Below are positions 33,031 through 47,492 of a stretch of 64,000 nt of DNA, in pieces. The notes under the pieces are model-generated. The model saw only the letters and a program-made list of their open reading frames with translations. It was not told where the DNA came from and made no database searches. Each line of letters begins with the position of its first letter. Positions within the stretch are counted from its first letter, which is position 1. The DNA is from Escherichia coli. Lineage in GTDB: Bacteria; Pseudomonadota; Gammaproteobacteria; Enterobacterales; Enterobacteriaceae. The DNA is taken from assembly GCF_030384885.1 (NCBI RefSeq), contig NZ_CP128613.1. One strand, written 5' to 3'. A program made the position numbers and the translations under genes.

Positions 33031-34518
33031 ATGTCTCGTAATACTGAAGCAACTGACGATGTCAAAACCTGGACCGGCGGCCCGCTGAATTATAAAGAAG
33101 GATTCTTCACCCAGTTAGCCACCGATGAGCTGGCAAAGGGGATAAACGAAGAGGTGGTGCGCGCAATTTCGGCGAAGCGTAATGAGCCGGAGTGGATGCT
33201 GGAATTTCGTCTCAACGCCTATCGCGCATGGCTGGAGATGGAAGAACCGCACTGGTTGAAAGCGCACTACGACAAGCTGAATTATCAGGATTACAGCTAC
33301 TACTCAGCACCATCGTGCGGTAATTGTGACGACAACTGCGCGTCTGAACCCGGTGCGGTGCAGCAAACTGGCGCGAACGCCTTTTTAAGTAAAGAGGTGG
33401 AGGCGGCGTTTGAGCAGTTGGGCGTTCCCGTGCGGGAAGGCAAAGAGGTGGCGGTGGATGCCATTTTCGACTCTGTTTCGGTTGCCACCACTTATCGCGA
33501 AAAACTGGCGGAGCAGGGAATTATTTTCTGTTCCTTTGGTGAGGCGATCCACGATCACCCGGAACTGGTGCGTAAATATCTCGGCACCGTGGTGCCGGGG
33601 AATGACAACTTCTTTGCCGCGCTTAATGCGGCGGTAGCCTCTGACGGTACGTTTATTTATGTGCCTAAAGGCGTGCGCTGCCCGATGGAACTTTCCACCT
33701 ATTTTCGCATTAACGCGGAAAAAACCGGGCAGTTTGAGCGCACCATTCTGGTGGCCGACGAAGACAGCTACGTCAGCTACATTGAAGGCTGTTCCGCTCC
33801 GGTGCGTGACAGCTATCAGTTACACGCGGCGGTGGTGGAAGTCATCATCCATAAAAACGCCGAGGTGAAATACTCCACGGTACAAAACTGGTTCCCTGGC
33901 GATAACAACACCGGCGGTATTCTCAACTTCGTCACCAAGCGTGCGTTGTGCGAAGGCGAAAACAGCAAAATGTCATGGACGCAATCAGAAACCGGGTCAG
34001 CGATTACGTGGAAATATCCCAGTTGCATTTTGCGCGGCGATAACTCCATCGGTGAGTTTTACTCAGTGGCACTGACCAGCGGTCATCAGCAGGCGGATAC
34101 CGGCACCAAGATGATCCATATTGGTAAAAACACCAAATCGACCATCATCTCTAAAGGGATCTCAGCCGGACACAGCCAGAACAGTTATCGCGGCTTAGTG
34201 AAAATCATGCCGACGGCAACCAATGCACGTAACTTCACCCAGTGCGACTCAATGCTGATAGGCGCTAATTGTGGGGCGCATACTTTCCCGTATGTCGAAT
34301 GTCGCAATAACAGCGCGCAACTGGAGCACGAGGCAACGACATCACGTATTGGTGAAGATCAACTGTTTTACTGCCTGCAACGCGGGATCAGCGAAGAAGA
34401 CGCCATCTCGATGATTGTTAACGGCTTTTGCAAAGACGTGTTCTCGGAACTGCCGCTGGAATTTGCCGTTGAAGCACAAAAACTCCTCGCCATCAGTCTT
34501 GAACACAGCGTCGGATAA
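33031..34518 (+). CDS. sufB: Fe-S cluster assembly scaffold SufB
   Basis: 495-aa frame from ATG at 33031 ([17 protein letters not shown]...); track ORF starts 13 codons earlier inside sufA. Confidence 0.95.
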   Translation: MSRNTEATDDVKTWTGGPLNYKEGFFTQLATDELAKGINEEVVRAISAKRNEPEWMLEFRLNAYRAWLEMEEPHWLKAHYDKLNYQDYSYYSAPSCGNCDDNCASEPGAVQQTGANAFLSKEVEAAFEQLGVPVREGKEVAVDAIFDSVSVATTYREKLAEQGIIFCSFGEAIHDHPELVRKYLGTVVPGNDNFFAALNAAVASDGTFIYVPKGVRCPMELSTYFRINAEKTGQFERTILVADEDSYVSYIEGCSAPVRDSYQLHAAVVEVIIHKNAEVKYSTVQNWFPGDNNTGGILNFVTKRALCEGENSKMSWTQSETGSAITWKYPSCILRGDNSIGEFYSVALTSGHQQADTGTKMIHIGKNTKSTIISKGISAGHSQNSYRGLVKIMPTATNARNFTQCDSMLIGANCGAHTFPYVECRNNSAQLEHEATTSRIGEDQLFYCLQRGISEEDAISMIVNGFCKDVFSELPLEFAVEAQKLLAISLEHSVG

Positions 34519-34527
34519 GGAATAAAC

Positions 34528-35274
34528 ATGTTAAGTATTAAAGATTTACACGTCAGCGTGGAAGATAAAACTATCCTGCGCGGATTAAGCCTCGACGTTC
34601 GTCCCGGCGAAGTTCACGCCATTATGGGGCCAAACGGTTCTGGCAAAAGTACCTTATCGGCAACGCTTGCCGGACGCGAAGATTATGAAGTGACGGCTGG
34701 CACGGTTGAGTTTAAAGGCAAAGATTTGCTTGCGCTGTCGCCGGAAGATCGTGCAGGTGAAGGCATCTTTATGGCCTTCCAGTATCCGGTGGAAATTCCC
34801 GGCGTCAGTAACCAGTTTTTCCTGCAAACGGCACTTAATGCGGTGCGCAGCTATCGCGGCCAGGAAACGCTCGACCGCTTTGATTTTCAGGATTTGATGG
34901 AAGAGAAAATCGCTCTCCTGAAGATGCCGGAGGATTTATTAACCCGTTCGGTAAACGTTGGTTTTTCCGGCGGCGAGAAAAAGCGCAACGATATTTTGCA
35001 AATGGCGGTGTTGGAACCGGAGTTATGCATTCTTGATGAGTCGGACTCCGGGCTGGATATTGACGCATTAAAAGTGGTTGCCGATGGCGTGAACTCGCTG
35101 CGTGACGGCAAGCGTTCATTCATCATTGTTACGCACTACCAACGCATTCTCGACTACATCAAACCTGATTACGTCCATGTGCTGTATCAGGGACGAATTG
35201 TGAAATCCGGCGATTTCACGTTGGTCAAACAACTGGAGGAGCAGGGTTATGGCTGGCTTACCGAACAGCAGTAA
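34528..35274 (+). CDS. sufC: Fe-S cluster assembly ATPase SufC
   Basis: 248-aa ORF with Walker A GPNGSGKST and ABC-type motifs. Confidence 0.96.
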   Translation: MLSIKDLHVSVEDKTILRGLSLDVRPGEVHAIMGPNGSGKSTLSATLAGREDYEVTAGTVEFKGKDLLALSPEDRAGEGIFMAFQYPVEIPGVSNQFFLQTALNAVRSYRGQETLDRFDFQDLMEEKIALLKMPEDLLTRSVNVGFSGGEKKRNDILQMAVLEPELCILDESDSGLDIDALKVVADGVNSLRDGKRSFIIVTHYQRILDYIKPDYVHVLYQGRIVKSGDFTLVKQLEEQGYGWLTEQQ

Positions 35275-36520
35275 CGCGCTGCAACAGTGGCATCACTTGT
35301 TTGAAGCTGACGGAGCGAAACGCTCCCCGCAAGCACAGCAGCATTTACAACAATTGCTGCGTACCGGACTGCCGACACGCAAACATGAGCACTGGAAATA
35401 TACGCCGCTGGAAGGGCTGACCAATAGCCAGTTTGTCAGCATTGCGGGAGAGATATCCCCACAGCAGCGAGATGCCTTAGCGTTAACGTTAGACGCTGTG
35501 CGGCTGGTGTTTGTCGATGGACGTTACGTGCCCGCGCTGAGCGATGCAACTGAAGGCAGCGGATATGAAGTGAGCATTAACGATGACCGCCAGGGGTTAC
35601 CCGACGCTATTCAGGCGGAAGTGTTTCTGCATTTAACGGAAAGCCTGGCGCAAAGCGTGACGCATATCGCCGTGAAGCGCGGTCAACGACCGGCAAAGCC
35701 ATTGCTGTTAATGCATATCACCCAGGGTGTGGCAGGTGAAGAGGTGAACACTGCCCATTACCGACATCATCTGGATCTGGCGGAAGGTGCCGAAGCGACG
35801 GTGATCGAACATTTTGTCAGCCTTAATGATGCTCGTCATTTCACCGGAGCGCGCTTTACCATCAATGTCGCAGCGAACGCCCACTTGCAGCATATCAAGC
35901 TGGCGTTTGAAAACCCGGTCAGTCACCACTTTGCCCATAACGATTTGTTGCTGGCTGACGATGCCACTGCATTTAGCCACAGTTTCCTGCTGGGTGGCGC
36001 AGTATTACGACACAACACCAGTACGCAACTCAATGGCGAAAACAGCACGCTGCGGATCAATAGCCTGGCGATGCCGGTGAAAAATGAAGTGTGTGATACC
36101 CGCACCTGGCTGGAACACAATAAAGGTTTTTGTAACAGCCGACAGTTGCACAAAACTATCGTCAGCGACAAAGGCCGCGCGGTATTTAACGGTTTGATCA
36201 ACGTCGCGCAGCACGCCATCAAAACGGATGGTCAGATGACCAACAATAATTTGCTGATGGGCAAATTGGCAGAAGTGGATACGAAACCGCAGCTGGAAAT
36301 CTATGCAGATGATGTGAAATGCAGCCACGGCGCGACGGTGGGGCGTATTGATGATGAACAGATGTTCTATCTGCGCTCGCGTGGGATCAATCAGCAGGAT
36401 GCCCAGCAGATGATCATTTACGCCTTTGCTGCCGAACTGACGGAAGCACTGCGTGATGAGGGGCTTAAACAGCAGGTGCTGGCCCGAATCGGTCAACGAC
36501 TGCCAGGAGGTGCAAGATGA
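35249..36520 (+). CDS. sufD: Fe-S cluster assembly protein SufD
   Basis: 423-aa ORF; start overlaps the 3' end of sufC by 26 nt. Confidence 0.93.
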   Translation: MAGLPNSSNALQQWHHLFEADGAKRSPQAQQHLQQLLRTGLPTRKHEHWKYTPLEGLTNSQFVSIAGEISPQQRDALALTLDAVRLVFVDGRYVPALSDATEGSGYEVSINDDRQGLPDAIQAEVFLHLTESLAQSVTHIAVKRGQRPAKPLLLMHITQGVAGEEVNTAHYRHHLDLAEGAEATVIEHFVSLNDARHFTGARFTINVAANAHLQHIKLAFENPVSHHFAHNDLLLADDATAFSHSFLLGGAVLRHNTSTQLNGENSTLRINSLAMPVKNEVCDTRTWLEHNKGFCNSRQLHKTIVSDKGRAVFNGLINVAQHAIKTDGQMTNNNLLMGKLAEVDTKPQLEIYADDVKCSHGATVGRIDDEQMFYLRSRGINQQDAQQMIIYAFAAELTEALRDEGLKQQVLARIGQRLPGGAR

Positions 36521-37737
36521 CTTTTTCCGTCGACAAAGTGCGGGCCGACTTTCCGGTGCTTTCTCGTGAGGTAAACGGTTTGCCGCTGGCTTATCTCGAC
36601 AGCGCCGCCAGTGCGCAGAAACCAAGCCAGGTGATTGACGCCGAGGCCGAGTTTTATCGTCATGGCTACGCGGCGGTGCATCGCGGTATTCATACCTTAA
36701 GCGCCCAGGCGACCGAGAAAATGGAGAACGTGCGCAAGCGGGCATCGTTGTTTATCAACGCCCGTTCGGCGGAAGAGCTGGTGTTCGTCCGCGGCACGAC
36801 GGAAGGGATCAATCTGGTCGCCAATAGCTGGGGCAACAGCAATGTGCGGGCGGGCGATAACATCATCATCAGTCAGATGGAGCACCACGCTAACATTGTC
36901 CCCTGGCAGATGCTTTGTGCACGCGTTGGCGCAGAGCTGCGTGTGATCCCTCTCAACCCCGACGGTACGCTGCAACTGGAGACGCTGCCTACGCTGTTTG
37001 ATGAGAAAACTCGCCTGCTGGCAATTACCCATGTCTCCAACGTGCTTGGGACAGAAAATCCGCTGGTGGAGATGATCACGCTTGCGCATCAACATGGCGC
37101 AAAAGTACTGGTGGATGGCGCTCAGGCGGTGATGCATCATCCGGTGGACGTTCAGGCGCTAGATTGCGATTTTTACGTGTTCTCCGGGCATAAACTGTAT
37201 GGCCCCACTGGAATTGGCATTCTTTATGTCAAAGAAGCCTTGTTGCAGGAGATGCCGCCGTGGGAAGGGGGCGGTTCTATGATCGCCACCGTCAGCCTGA
37301 GTGAAGGGACTACCTGGACTAAAGCACCGTGGCGGTTTGAAGCCGGCACACCCAATACCGGAGGCATCATTGGTCTTGGCGCGGCACTCGAGTATGTTTC
37401 GGGGCTGGGGCTTAATAATATAGCCGAGTATGAACAGAATCTGATGCACTACGCGCTATCACAGCTGGAATCTGTACCGGATCTCACTCTCTATGGTCCC
37501 CAGAACAGACTTGGCGTTATTGCTTTTAATCTTGGTAAACACCACGCCTATGATGTTGGCAGTTTTCTCGATAACTACGGCATTGCTGTGCGTACCGGAC
37601 ATCACTGCGCTATGCCATTAATGGCCTATTACAACGTCCCTGCTATGTGTCGGGCGTCGCTGGCCATGTATAACACCCATGAAGAAGTTGATCGTCTGGT
37701 GACCGGATTGCAACGTATTCATCGTTTGCTGGGATAA
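36517..37737 (+). CDS. sufS: Cysteine desulfurase (PLP-dependent, group II)
   Basis: 406-aa ORF, class V aminotransferase family; ATGA overlap with sufD. Confidence 0.96.
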   Translation: MTFSVDKVRADFPVLSREVNGLPLAYLDSAASAQKPSQVIDAEAEFYRHGYAAVHRGIHTLSAQATEKMENVRKRASLFINARSAEELVFVRGTTEGINLVANSWGNSNVRAGDNIIISQMEHHANIVPWQMLCARVGAELRVIPLNPDGTLQLETLPTLFDEKTRLLAITHVSNVLGTENPLVEMITLAHQHGAKVLVDGAQAVMHHPVDVQALDCDFYVFSGHKLYGPTGIGILYVKEALLQEMPPWEGGGSMIATVSLSEGTTWTKAPWRFEAGTPNTGGIIGLGAALEYVSGLGLNNIAEYEQNLMHYALSQLESVPDLTLYGPQNRLGVIAFNLGKHHAYDVGSFLDNYGIAVRTGHHCAMPLMAYYNVPAMCRASLAMYNTHEEVDRLVTGLQRIHRLLG

Positions 37738-37749
37738 CAGGGAGGCACT

Positions 37750-38166
37750 ATGGCTGTATTGCCGGATAAAGAAAAATTGCTGCGTAATTTTTTACGCTGC
37801 GCCAATTGGGAAGAGAAATATCTCTACATTATTGAGCTGGGCCAGCGTCTGCCAGAATTACACGACGAAGACAGAAGCCCGCAAAATAGCATCCAGGGCT
37901 GCCAGAGTCAGGTATGGATTGTGATGCGTCAAAATGCGCAGGGAATTATTGAATTACAGGGCGACAGCGATGCGGCCATTGTGAAAGGGCTTATTGCGGT
38001 CGTCTTTATTCTTTACGATCAAATGACACCGCAGGATATTGTCAATTTCGATGTGCGCCCGTGGTTTGAAAAAATGGCGCTCACCCAACATCTCACCCCA
38101 TCACGCTCACAAGGTCTGGAAGCGATGATTAGCGCAATTCGCGCCAAAGCCGCTGCACTTAGCTAA
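37750..38166 (+). CDS. sufE: Cysteine desulfuration sulfur acceptor SufE
   Basis: 138-aa ORF. Confidence 0.95.
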   Translation: MAVLPDKEKLLRNFLRCANWEEKYLYIIELGQRLPELHDEDRSPQNSIQGCQSQVWIVMRQNAQGIIELQGDSDAAIVKGLIAVVFILYDQMTPQDIVNFDVRPWFEKMALTQHLTPSRSQGLEAMISAIRAKAAALS

Positions 38167-38314
38167 ACTAAAGGGACAGCTTTCATCCGGTGGACTCACA
38201 TTGCCGGGTGGTCAATGTTTACACTGGCCTGCACAGGAGTGTTTTGGTTTCAGGTGAACATAAGCGCCATCCGACGTTTCAGCGTGAGTCTCCGGCAAAT
38301 ACAGGAGGTTTACA

Positions 38315-39319
38315 ATGAAACGCGCGTCTTTGCTTACACTCACGCTTATCGGCGCTTTTAGCGCCATCCAGGCTGCCTGGGCGGTTGATTATCCGCTACC
38401 ACCAACCGGAAGCCGACTGGTTGGGCAAAATCAAACGTATACGGTGCAAGAAGGGGATAAAAACCTTCAGGCCATCGCCCGACGTTTTGATACTGCGGCA
38501 ATGTTGATACTTGAAGCCAATAACACTATCGCTCCGGTGCCAAAACCCGGTACGACGATAACGATTCCTTCGCAATTGTTATTGCCTGATGCGCCGCGTC
38601 AGGGGATTATCGTTAACCTTGCAGAGCTGCGCCTTTATTATTATCCGCCGGGAGAAAATATCGTGCAGGTCTATCCGATAGGTATTGGATTGCAGGGGCT
38701 GGAAACGCCGGTGATGGAAACGCGTGTGGGGCAGAAAATCCCTAATCCAACCTGGACGCCAACGGCGGGCATTCGTCAGCGTTCGCTGGAGCGTGGCATT
38801 AAATTACCGCCAGTCGTTCCTGCCGGGCCAAATAACCCGCTAGGACGTTACGCACTGCGCCTCGCGCATGGTAATGGCGAATACCTCATTCATGGCACCA
38901 GTGCGCCGGACAGCGTCGGTTTGCGTGTCAGTTCAGGGTGTATTCGCATGAATGCACCGGATATTAAAGCCTTGTTCTCCAGCGTGCGGACGGGAACGCC
39001 GGTGAAAGTGATCAACGAACCGGTGAAATATTCCGTGGAACCGAACGGGATGCGTTATGTGGAAGTACATCGACCACTATCAGCAGAAGAACAGCAGAAC
39101 GTTCAGACAATGCCTTACACACTGCCAGCAGGCTTCACGCAATTTAAAGATAATAAGGCTGTAGACCAGAAGTTAGTCGATAAAGCGTTGTATCGTCGGG
39201 CAGGGTATCCAGTTGCCGTGAGCACTGGCGCAACGCCTGTAGCCAGCAATGCGCCTTCAGTAGATTCAGCGCAGAATGGTGAACCAGAGCAAGGGAATAT
39301 GTTACGCGCGACGCAGTAG
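38315..39319 (+). CDS. ldtE: L,D-transpeptidase with LysM domain
   Basis: 334-aa ORF with signal peptide, LysM-like region and YkuD catalytic region ([20 protein letters not shown]). Confidence 0.93.
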   Translation: MKRASLLTLTLIGAFSAIQAAWAVDYPLPPTGSRLVGQNQTYTVQEGDKNLQAIARRFDTAAMLILEANNTIAPVPKPGTTITIPSQLLLPDAPRQGIIVNLAELRLYYYPPGENIVQVYPIGIGLQGLETPVMETRVGQKIPNPTWTPTAGIRQRSLERGIKLPPVVPAGPNNPLGRYALRLAHGNGEYLIHGTSAPDSVGLRVSSGCIRMNAPDIKALFSSVRTGTPVKVINEPVKYSVEPNGMRYVEVHRPLSAEEQQNVQTMPYTLPAGFTQFKDNKAVDQKLVDKALYRRAGYPVAVSTGATPVASNAPSVDSAQNGEPEQGNMLRATQ

Positions 39320-39334
39320 CGGTAAATGGCAGGC

Positions 39335-39366
39335 AAAAAAATGGCGCACAATGTGCGCCATTTTTC
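39335..39366. terminator. Bidirectional rho-independent terminator between ldtE and lpp
   Basis: aaaaaaa-atggcgcac-aatg-tgcgccat-ttttt: perfect hairpin flanked by A-run and T-run. Confidence 0.8.
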
Positions 39367-39381
39367 ACTTCACAGGTACTA

Positions 39382-39630
<249 letters not shown>

Positions 39631-39872
39631 CTAGATTGAGTTAATCTCCATGTAGCGTTACAAGTATTACACAAAGTTTTTTATGTTGAGAATATTTTTT
39701 TGATGGGAAGGCACTTATTTTTGATCGTTCGCTCAAAGAAGCATCGAACGCTGGGTTTTAGATAAAAAAATTGAGAGAAAACAGGATGCTTCCATCGGAT
39801 TCATCTTAGATAAAGTGGGATTATATAGCGAAATCCGATTTGATTTTTTATTGCTTCTGGTTATCGATTAAA

Positions 39873-39897
39873 TAAAAAAAGCGCCCATCAGGGCGCT
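39873..39897 (-). terminator. Rho-independent terminator of pykF
   Basis: minus strand: gaagcgccc-tgat-gggcgcttt followed by TTTTTTATTT. Confidence 0.8.
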
Positions 39898-39928
39898 TCG
39901 ATATACAAATTAATTCACAAAAGCAATA

Positions 39929-41341
39929 TTACAGGACGTGAACAGATGCGGTGTTAGTAGTGCCGCTCGGTACCAGTGCACCAGAAACCATAACTACGAC
40001 GTCACCTTTGTGTGCCAGACCGCTCTGCAGAGCCAGTTCTTTACCCAGACGGTAGAAATCATCAGTAGAAGTGATTTCTTTAACCAGCTGCGGCACAACG
40101 CCTTTGCTCAGTACCAACTGATGAGCCGTTTTTTCGTTGGTGGTCAGTGCCAGGATGGTGGCATCCGGGAAGTATTTACGTACTGCACGAGCAGATTTAC
40201 CGCCCTGGGTAGCAACCACGATCAGCGGAGCATCCAGTTTTTCAGCAGTTTCAACCGCGCCACGGCATACTGCTTCGGTAATGCGCAGTTTACGGTTGTC
40301 ATTGTTGAACTCGAGACGGCTGTTCATAACGCGGTCGGTACGTTCGCAGATGGTCGCCATGATAGAAACTGCTTCCAACGGGTATTTACCTTTTGCGGAT
40401 TCACCAGACAGCATTACTGCGTCAGTACCGTCGAGGATGGCGTTCGCAACGTCACCGGCTTCTGCGCGAGTCGGGCGTGGGTTTTTGATCATTGAATCGA
40501 GCATCTGGGTCGCAGTGATAACGACTTTACGTGCACGGATACATTTTTCGATCATCATCTTCTGGGCGAAGATAACTTCTTCAACCGGGATCTCAACGCC
40601 CAGGTCGCCACGCGCAACCATGATGCCGTCGGAGGCTTCGAGGATTTCGTCGAAGTTGTTCAGGCCTTCCTGGTTTTCGATTTTGGAGATGATTTGGATG
40701 TTTTCACCACCGTGTGCTTTCAGATGCTCACGGATTTCGATAACGTCAGAACGCTTACGAATAAAGGAGGCAGCAACAAAGTCTACGCCTTGTTCGCAAC
40801 CGAAGATCAGGTCTTGTTTGTCTTTTTCAGCCAGTGCTGGCAGGGCAATGGAAACACCCGGCAGGTTCACACCTTTGTTTTCGCCCAGGTCGCCGTTGTT
40901 CAGTACTTTACAGATAACTTTGTTACCTTCAATAGCGGTAACTTCCATACCGATCAGACCATCGTCAACCAGTACGGTGTTGCCAACAGACAGGTCGGTA
41001 GTGAAACCTTCATACGTTACCGCAACCATTTCGCTGTTGCCGATAACAGATTTATCAGTGGTGAAAGTAAAGGTCTGACCGGCTTTCAGAGAAACGTCGT
41101 TACCGCCTTCCAGTTTCATAGTGCGGATTTCTGGACCTTTGGTATCAAGCAGGATAGCGGCAGTTTTACCGGTTTTGCTCATCACGTTGCGCAGATTCTG
41201 AATGCGCTGACCGTGTTCTGCATAGTCACCATGAGAGAAGTTCAGACGCATAACGTTCATGCCAGCGTCCAGCATTTTAGCTAACATCTCTTCAGATTCG
41301 GTTTTCGGTCCGATGGTGCAAACAATTTTGGTCTTTTTCAT
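39929..41341 (-). CDS. pykF: Pyruvate kinase I (fructose-1,6-bisphosphate activated)
   Basis: 470-aa frame from internal ATG ([44 protein letters not shown]...); track ORF carries a 72-codon N-terminal extension, which I reject. Confidence 0.96.
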
Positions 41342-41546
41342 GACAGTCTTAGTCTTTAAGTTGAGAAGGATGGGAGAAACTTGCTTTCTGGGCGCACTGC
41401 CGGAAAGCGAATCCGGTATTACGAAAGTGGTGGTGCCTCGCTCTAAGGATAGGTGACATCGAAAAAGCGTGCAGAGGAATGTGTGCTTGTGTCTCAGCCC
41501 AACGTGAGTGCCTGTTTTTGAGTCGTTGAGTTCTACAGTCCAAAGT

Positions 41547-41562
41547 GCTGAAACCATTCAAG
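41547..41562 (-). promoter_or_regulatory. Candidate Cra (FruR) operator upstream of pykF
   Basis: GCTGAAACCATTCAAG, 14/16 match to my recollection of the Cra consensus GCTGAAACGTTTCAAG, about 205 nt upstream of pykF ATG. Confidence 0.45.
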
Positions 41563-41897
41563 AGTCAATTGGCGCGCATTATACGCTGAAATTAATCCAA
41601 AAGGAAAACAAAAACAGCGTTTCAAAAAATATACAACTTGTAAGACAATAAATTGTTATCAAAGATTTAACGTTACAGGGAAAGGGTTACGCAAAAACCT
41701 CGTTGTTTGCGCAACGTCTGGTGCCTGGGTTGTCAGTGTGAGGATAAGTGAGAGTTCATCCGGTGTATAAATACATCATCGCTCAATTGCTACAGTGAAA
41801 ATAATTTATCGCGTTATTTGTCTGATTTTGTTTGGTTTTTGTTTAATTGGTTAGATTGATATATGCTGATAGTTGGCATGATAAATAGGTATAAAGA

Positions 41898-42107
41898 ATG
41901 GGAAACCGGACAAAAGAGGATGAACTGTACCGAGAAATGTGCAGAGTTGTCGGTAAAGTTGTGCTGGAAATGCGCGATCTGGGGCAGGAACCAAAGCATA
42001 TTGTTATCGCAGGCGTATTACGTACAGCATTAGCCAATAAACGCATTCAGCGCAGTGAGCTGGAAAAGCATGCGATGGAAACCGTCATTAACGCACTGGT
42101 TAAATGA
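41898..42107 (+). CDS. fumD: Small fumarase-like protein FumD (YdhZ)
   Basis: 69-aa ORF MGNRTKEDELYREMCRVVGKVVLEMRDLGQEPKHIVIAGVLRTALANKRIQRSELEKHAMETVINALVK. Confidence 0.85.
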   Translation: MGNRTKEDELYREMCRVVGKVVLEMRDLGQEPKHIVIAGVLRTALANKRIQRSELEKHAMETVINALVK

Positions 42108-42112
42108 CCATT

Positions 42113-42139
42113 CAGGATGAGGCGGTAAGCTTCATCCTG
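42113..42139 (+). terminator. Hairpin terminator after fumD
   Basis: caggatgag-gcggtaagc-ttcatcctg followed by atattctt. Confidence 0.55.
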
Positions 42140-42347
42140 ATATTCTTAGTTCAGTTGCAGTCCAGTTAATCATTCTAAATAACAACTGCTGAAATTATAC
42201 AAATTTCGGTATGTATTTTAATTTATAGCGCTAATGTTATTTTTATTATCTGTAATGAAAGTCACAAATAATTGTCGGATCAGTTAAATTCATATCAAAT
42301 GATAATAAATATCACTTCACTTATATTTTTTTTCTTTGTGTTTTTAA

Positions 42348-42361
42348 TTGATAACGATCAA
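42348..42361 (+). promoter_or_regulatory. FNR box (TTGAT-N4-ATCAA) upstream of ydhY operon
   Basis: TTGATAACGATCAA, perfect match to FNR consensus half-sites, about 200 nt upstream of ydhY ATG in an AT-rich region. Confidence 0.8.
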
Positions 42362-42562
42362 TGTTAAGAACTCAGAATAATCACATTATTTTTTCTCCTA
42401 ACCATAAAGGATTAGTTTATCAGCGTTAAATCTTTTCTCATACACTATCGGGTTAGGGAAAATATCTGGTGTTGGGGACAGAGTCAGCAGCGTATTAGTT
42501 GAATGCTTAATATCAGGCTGCTGAATTGTCAGCACTGTGTTTGCGAAGAGGATGCGAAATAA

Positions 42563-45312
<2,750 letters not shown>

Positions 45313-45324
45313 GGAATGGGTGAG

Positions 45325-45975
45325 ATGAACCATCAGGATGTCTTGCCGTTAGCGGAAATCAGCGAAATTGACGAGGCGAAGCGGCAATGGTTGCAGGGGA
45401 TGCGCCACCCCGTTGATACGGTAATTGAAGACATCACAGAACCAGAACCTGCTGAAATCCTGGCAGAGTTCATTCGCCAGCATTCTGCGGCTGGGCAGCT
45501 GGTGGCGCGCGCCGTGTTTCTCTCGCCACCCTATTCGGTTGCAGAAGAGGAACTGTCAGTTTTGCTGGAAAACATTAAGCAGAACGGAGACTACGCGGAT
45601 ATCGCGTGTATGACGGGAAGCCAGGATGATTACTATTACTCAACGCAGGCCATGAGTGAAAACTACGCGGCGATGTCTTTGCAAGTTGTGGAGCAGGACA
45701 TTTGTCGCGCTATTGCACACGCCGTTCGTTTTGAGTGCCAGACGTATCCTCGTCCTTACAAAGTCGCCATGCTGATGCAAGCGCCATATTACTTCCAGGA
45801 AGCGCAGATTGAAGCCGCGATCGCCGCGATGGATGTTGCACCTGAATATGCCGATATACGGCAGGTGGAGTCATCGACGGCGGTGTTGTACTTGTTTAGC
45901 GAGCGATTTATGACCTATGGCAAAGCTTATGGCTTATGCGAATGGTTCGAGGTAGAGCAGTTTCAGAACCCCTGA
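45325..45975 (+). CDS. ydhW: Uncharacterised protein YdhW
   Basis: about 216-aa acidic ORF; start chosen at second in-frame ATG with better SD spacing (the ATG at 45316 is also possible). Confidence 0.8.
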   Translation: MNHQDVLPLAEISEIDEAKRQWLQGMRHPVDTVIEDITEPEPAEILAEFIRQHSAAGQLVARAVFLSPPYSVAEEELSVLLENIKQNGDYADIACMTGSQDDYYYSTQAMSENYAAMSLQVVEQDICRAIAHAVRFECQTYPRPYKVAMLMQAPYYFQEAQIEAAIAAMDVAPEYADIRQVESSTAVLYLFSERFMTYGKAYGLCEWFEVEQFQNP

Positions 45976-46038
45976 AATTTCAGGGAGATGTCATGGATAG
46001 GGTGGACATTAGCAGCCACTGCATTAGGGGATAATCAG

Positions 46039-46707
46039 ATGTCCTTCACTCGACGCAAATTTGTTCTGGGGATGGGAACAGTAATCTTTTTTACTGGTTC
46101 TGCGTCTTCTCTGTTAGCGAACACGAGGCAAGAAAAGGAAGTTCGGTATGCCATGATTCATGACGAGTCACGGTGCAATGGCTGTAATATTTGCGCCCGC
46201 GCATGCCGTAAAACTAACCACGTCCCCGCTCAGGGAAGCCGTTTATCGATAGCACACATACCGGTCACCGATAACGACAACGAAACGCAGTATCACTTTT
46301 TTCGCCAGTCATGCCAGCACTGTGAAGATGCTCCTTGCATCGACGTTTGCCCAACAGGAGCGTCATGGCGTGATATGCAGGGGATCGTGCGGGTAGAAAA
46401 ATCGCAGTGCATCGGCTGCAGTTATTGCATTGGCGCTTGCCCGTATCAGGTTCGCTACCTTAACCCTGTCACTAAAGTGGCAGATAAATGTGATTTCTGC
46501 GCTGAGTCCCGACTAGCAAAAGGCTTTCCGCCCATTTGCGTTAGCGCCTGCCCGGAACATGCATTGATCTTTGGTCGCGAAGATAGCCCAGAAATTCAAG
46601 CGTGGTTGCAAGAAAATAAATATTATCAATATCAGCTACCTGGTGCCGGGAAACCGCATCTGTATCGCCGATTCGGTCAACATTTGATTAAAAAGGAAAA
46701 TGTATGA
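46039..46707 (+). CDS. ydhX: Tat-exported 4x[4Fe-4S] ferredoxin-like subunit
   Basis: 222-aa frame with twin-arginine signal (SFTRRKFVLGMG) and four Cys clusters (CNGCNICARAC, CQHCEDAPCIDVCP, CIGCSYCIGACP, CDFC...CVSACP). Confidence 0.88.
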   Translation: MSFTRRKFVLGMGTVIFFTGSASSLLANTRQEKEVRYAMIHDESRCNGCNICARACRKTNHVPAQGSRLSIAHIPVTDNDNETQYHFFRQSCQHCEDAPCIDVCPTGASWRDMQGIVRVEKSQCIGCSYCIGACPYQVRYLNPVTKVADKCDFCAESRLAKGFPPICVSACPEHALIFGREDSPEIQAWLQENKYYQYQLPGAGKPHLYRRFGQHLIKKENV

Positions 46708-47489
46708 ACCCGTCGCAACATGCTGAACAGTTTCAGAGCCAGTTGGTGAACTATGTGCCACAGTTCACTCCCGAATTTTGGCCGGTGTGGTTGATCATTG
46801 CCGGACTATTGCTGGTTGGGATGTGGTTGGTGCTGGGGCTGCATGCCTTGCTTCGTGCTCGTGGCGTGAAGAAATCAGCCACCGATCATGGTGAGAAGAT
46901 TTATCTTTACAGCAAAGCGGTCAGATTATGGCACTGGTCGAATGCGTTACTCTTTGTATTGTTGCTGGCAAGTGGGCTGATAAATCACTTTGCGCTGGTG
47001 GGAGCAACTGCGGTTAAAAGTCTGGTTGCGGTGCATGAAGTTTGCGGATTTTTGTTACTGGCATGCTGGCTCGGCTTTGTTCTGATCAATGCCGTTGGGG
47101 GTAATGGTCACCACTATCGCATTCGTCGTCAGGGTTGGCTGGAGCGAGCGGCAAAACAAACGCGATTTTATTTGTTTGGCATTATGCAGGGGGAAGAACA
47201 TCCTTTCCCGGCAACAACACAGTCTAAATTTAATCCCTTACAGCAGGTCGCCTATGTTGGTGTCATGTATGGATTGCTGCCGTTGTTACTATTGACGGGG
47301 CTGCTGTGTCTCTATCCGCAAGCCGTGGGAGATGTGTTTCCTGGCGTAAGATACTGGTTATTTCAGGCGCATTTTGCTCTGGCATTTATAAGCCTCTTTT
47401 TTATCTTCGGTCATCTTTATCTTTGCACCACGGGGCGTACGCCACACGAAACCTTTAAAAGCATGGTCGATGGCTATCACCGGCACTAA
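46704..47489 (+). CDS. ydhU: PhsC/cytochrome-b-like integral membrane subunit
   Basis: 261-aa hydrophobic ORF with conserved His residues in TM helices; ATGA overlap with ydhX. Confidence 0.88.
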   Translation: MNPSQHAEQFQSQLVNYVPQFTPEFWPVWLIIAGLLLVGMWLVLGLHALLRARGVKKSATDHGEKIYLYSKAVRLWHWSNALLFVLLLASGLINHFALVGATAVKSLVAVHEVCGFLLLACWLGFVLINAVGGNGHHYRIRRQGWLERAAKQTRFYLFGIMQGEEHPFPATTQSKFNPLQQVAYVGVMYGLLPLLLLTGLLCLYPQAVGDVFPGVRYWLFQAHFALAFISLFFIFGHLYLCTTGRTPHETFKSMVDGYHRH

Positions 47490-47492
47490 CGA

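Noticed and set aside
36005-36745. Long antisense or alternative-frame ORFs inside well-supported genes (for example 36005-36745 minus strand in sufD/sufS, 40137-41078 plus strand in pykF, 9948-10661 minus strand in ppsA, 15489-15962 plus strand in ydiS/ydiR)
   Set aside because: These are shadow ORFs typical of GC-rich coding DNA. They lack ribosome-binding sites, have unusual composition (Arg/Ser/Pro-rich) and overlap genes with strong sequence identity to known proteins.
39929-41557. N-terminally extended ORFs in the supplied track (pykF at 542 aa, sufB 508 aa, ydhV 728 aa, ydhX 239 aa, ydiQ 287 aa, ydiO 401 aa, fadK 566 aa, ydiL 127 aa, ydiH 89 aa, ydiE 72 aa)
   Set aside because: The extensions start at non-ATG or poorly supported codons, overlap upstream genes or promoters, and lack Shine-Dalgarno sequences. 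Internal ATGs with good SD spacing give proteins that begin with the conserved N-termini of the respective families.
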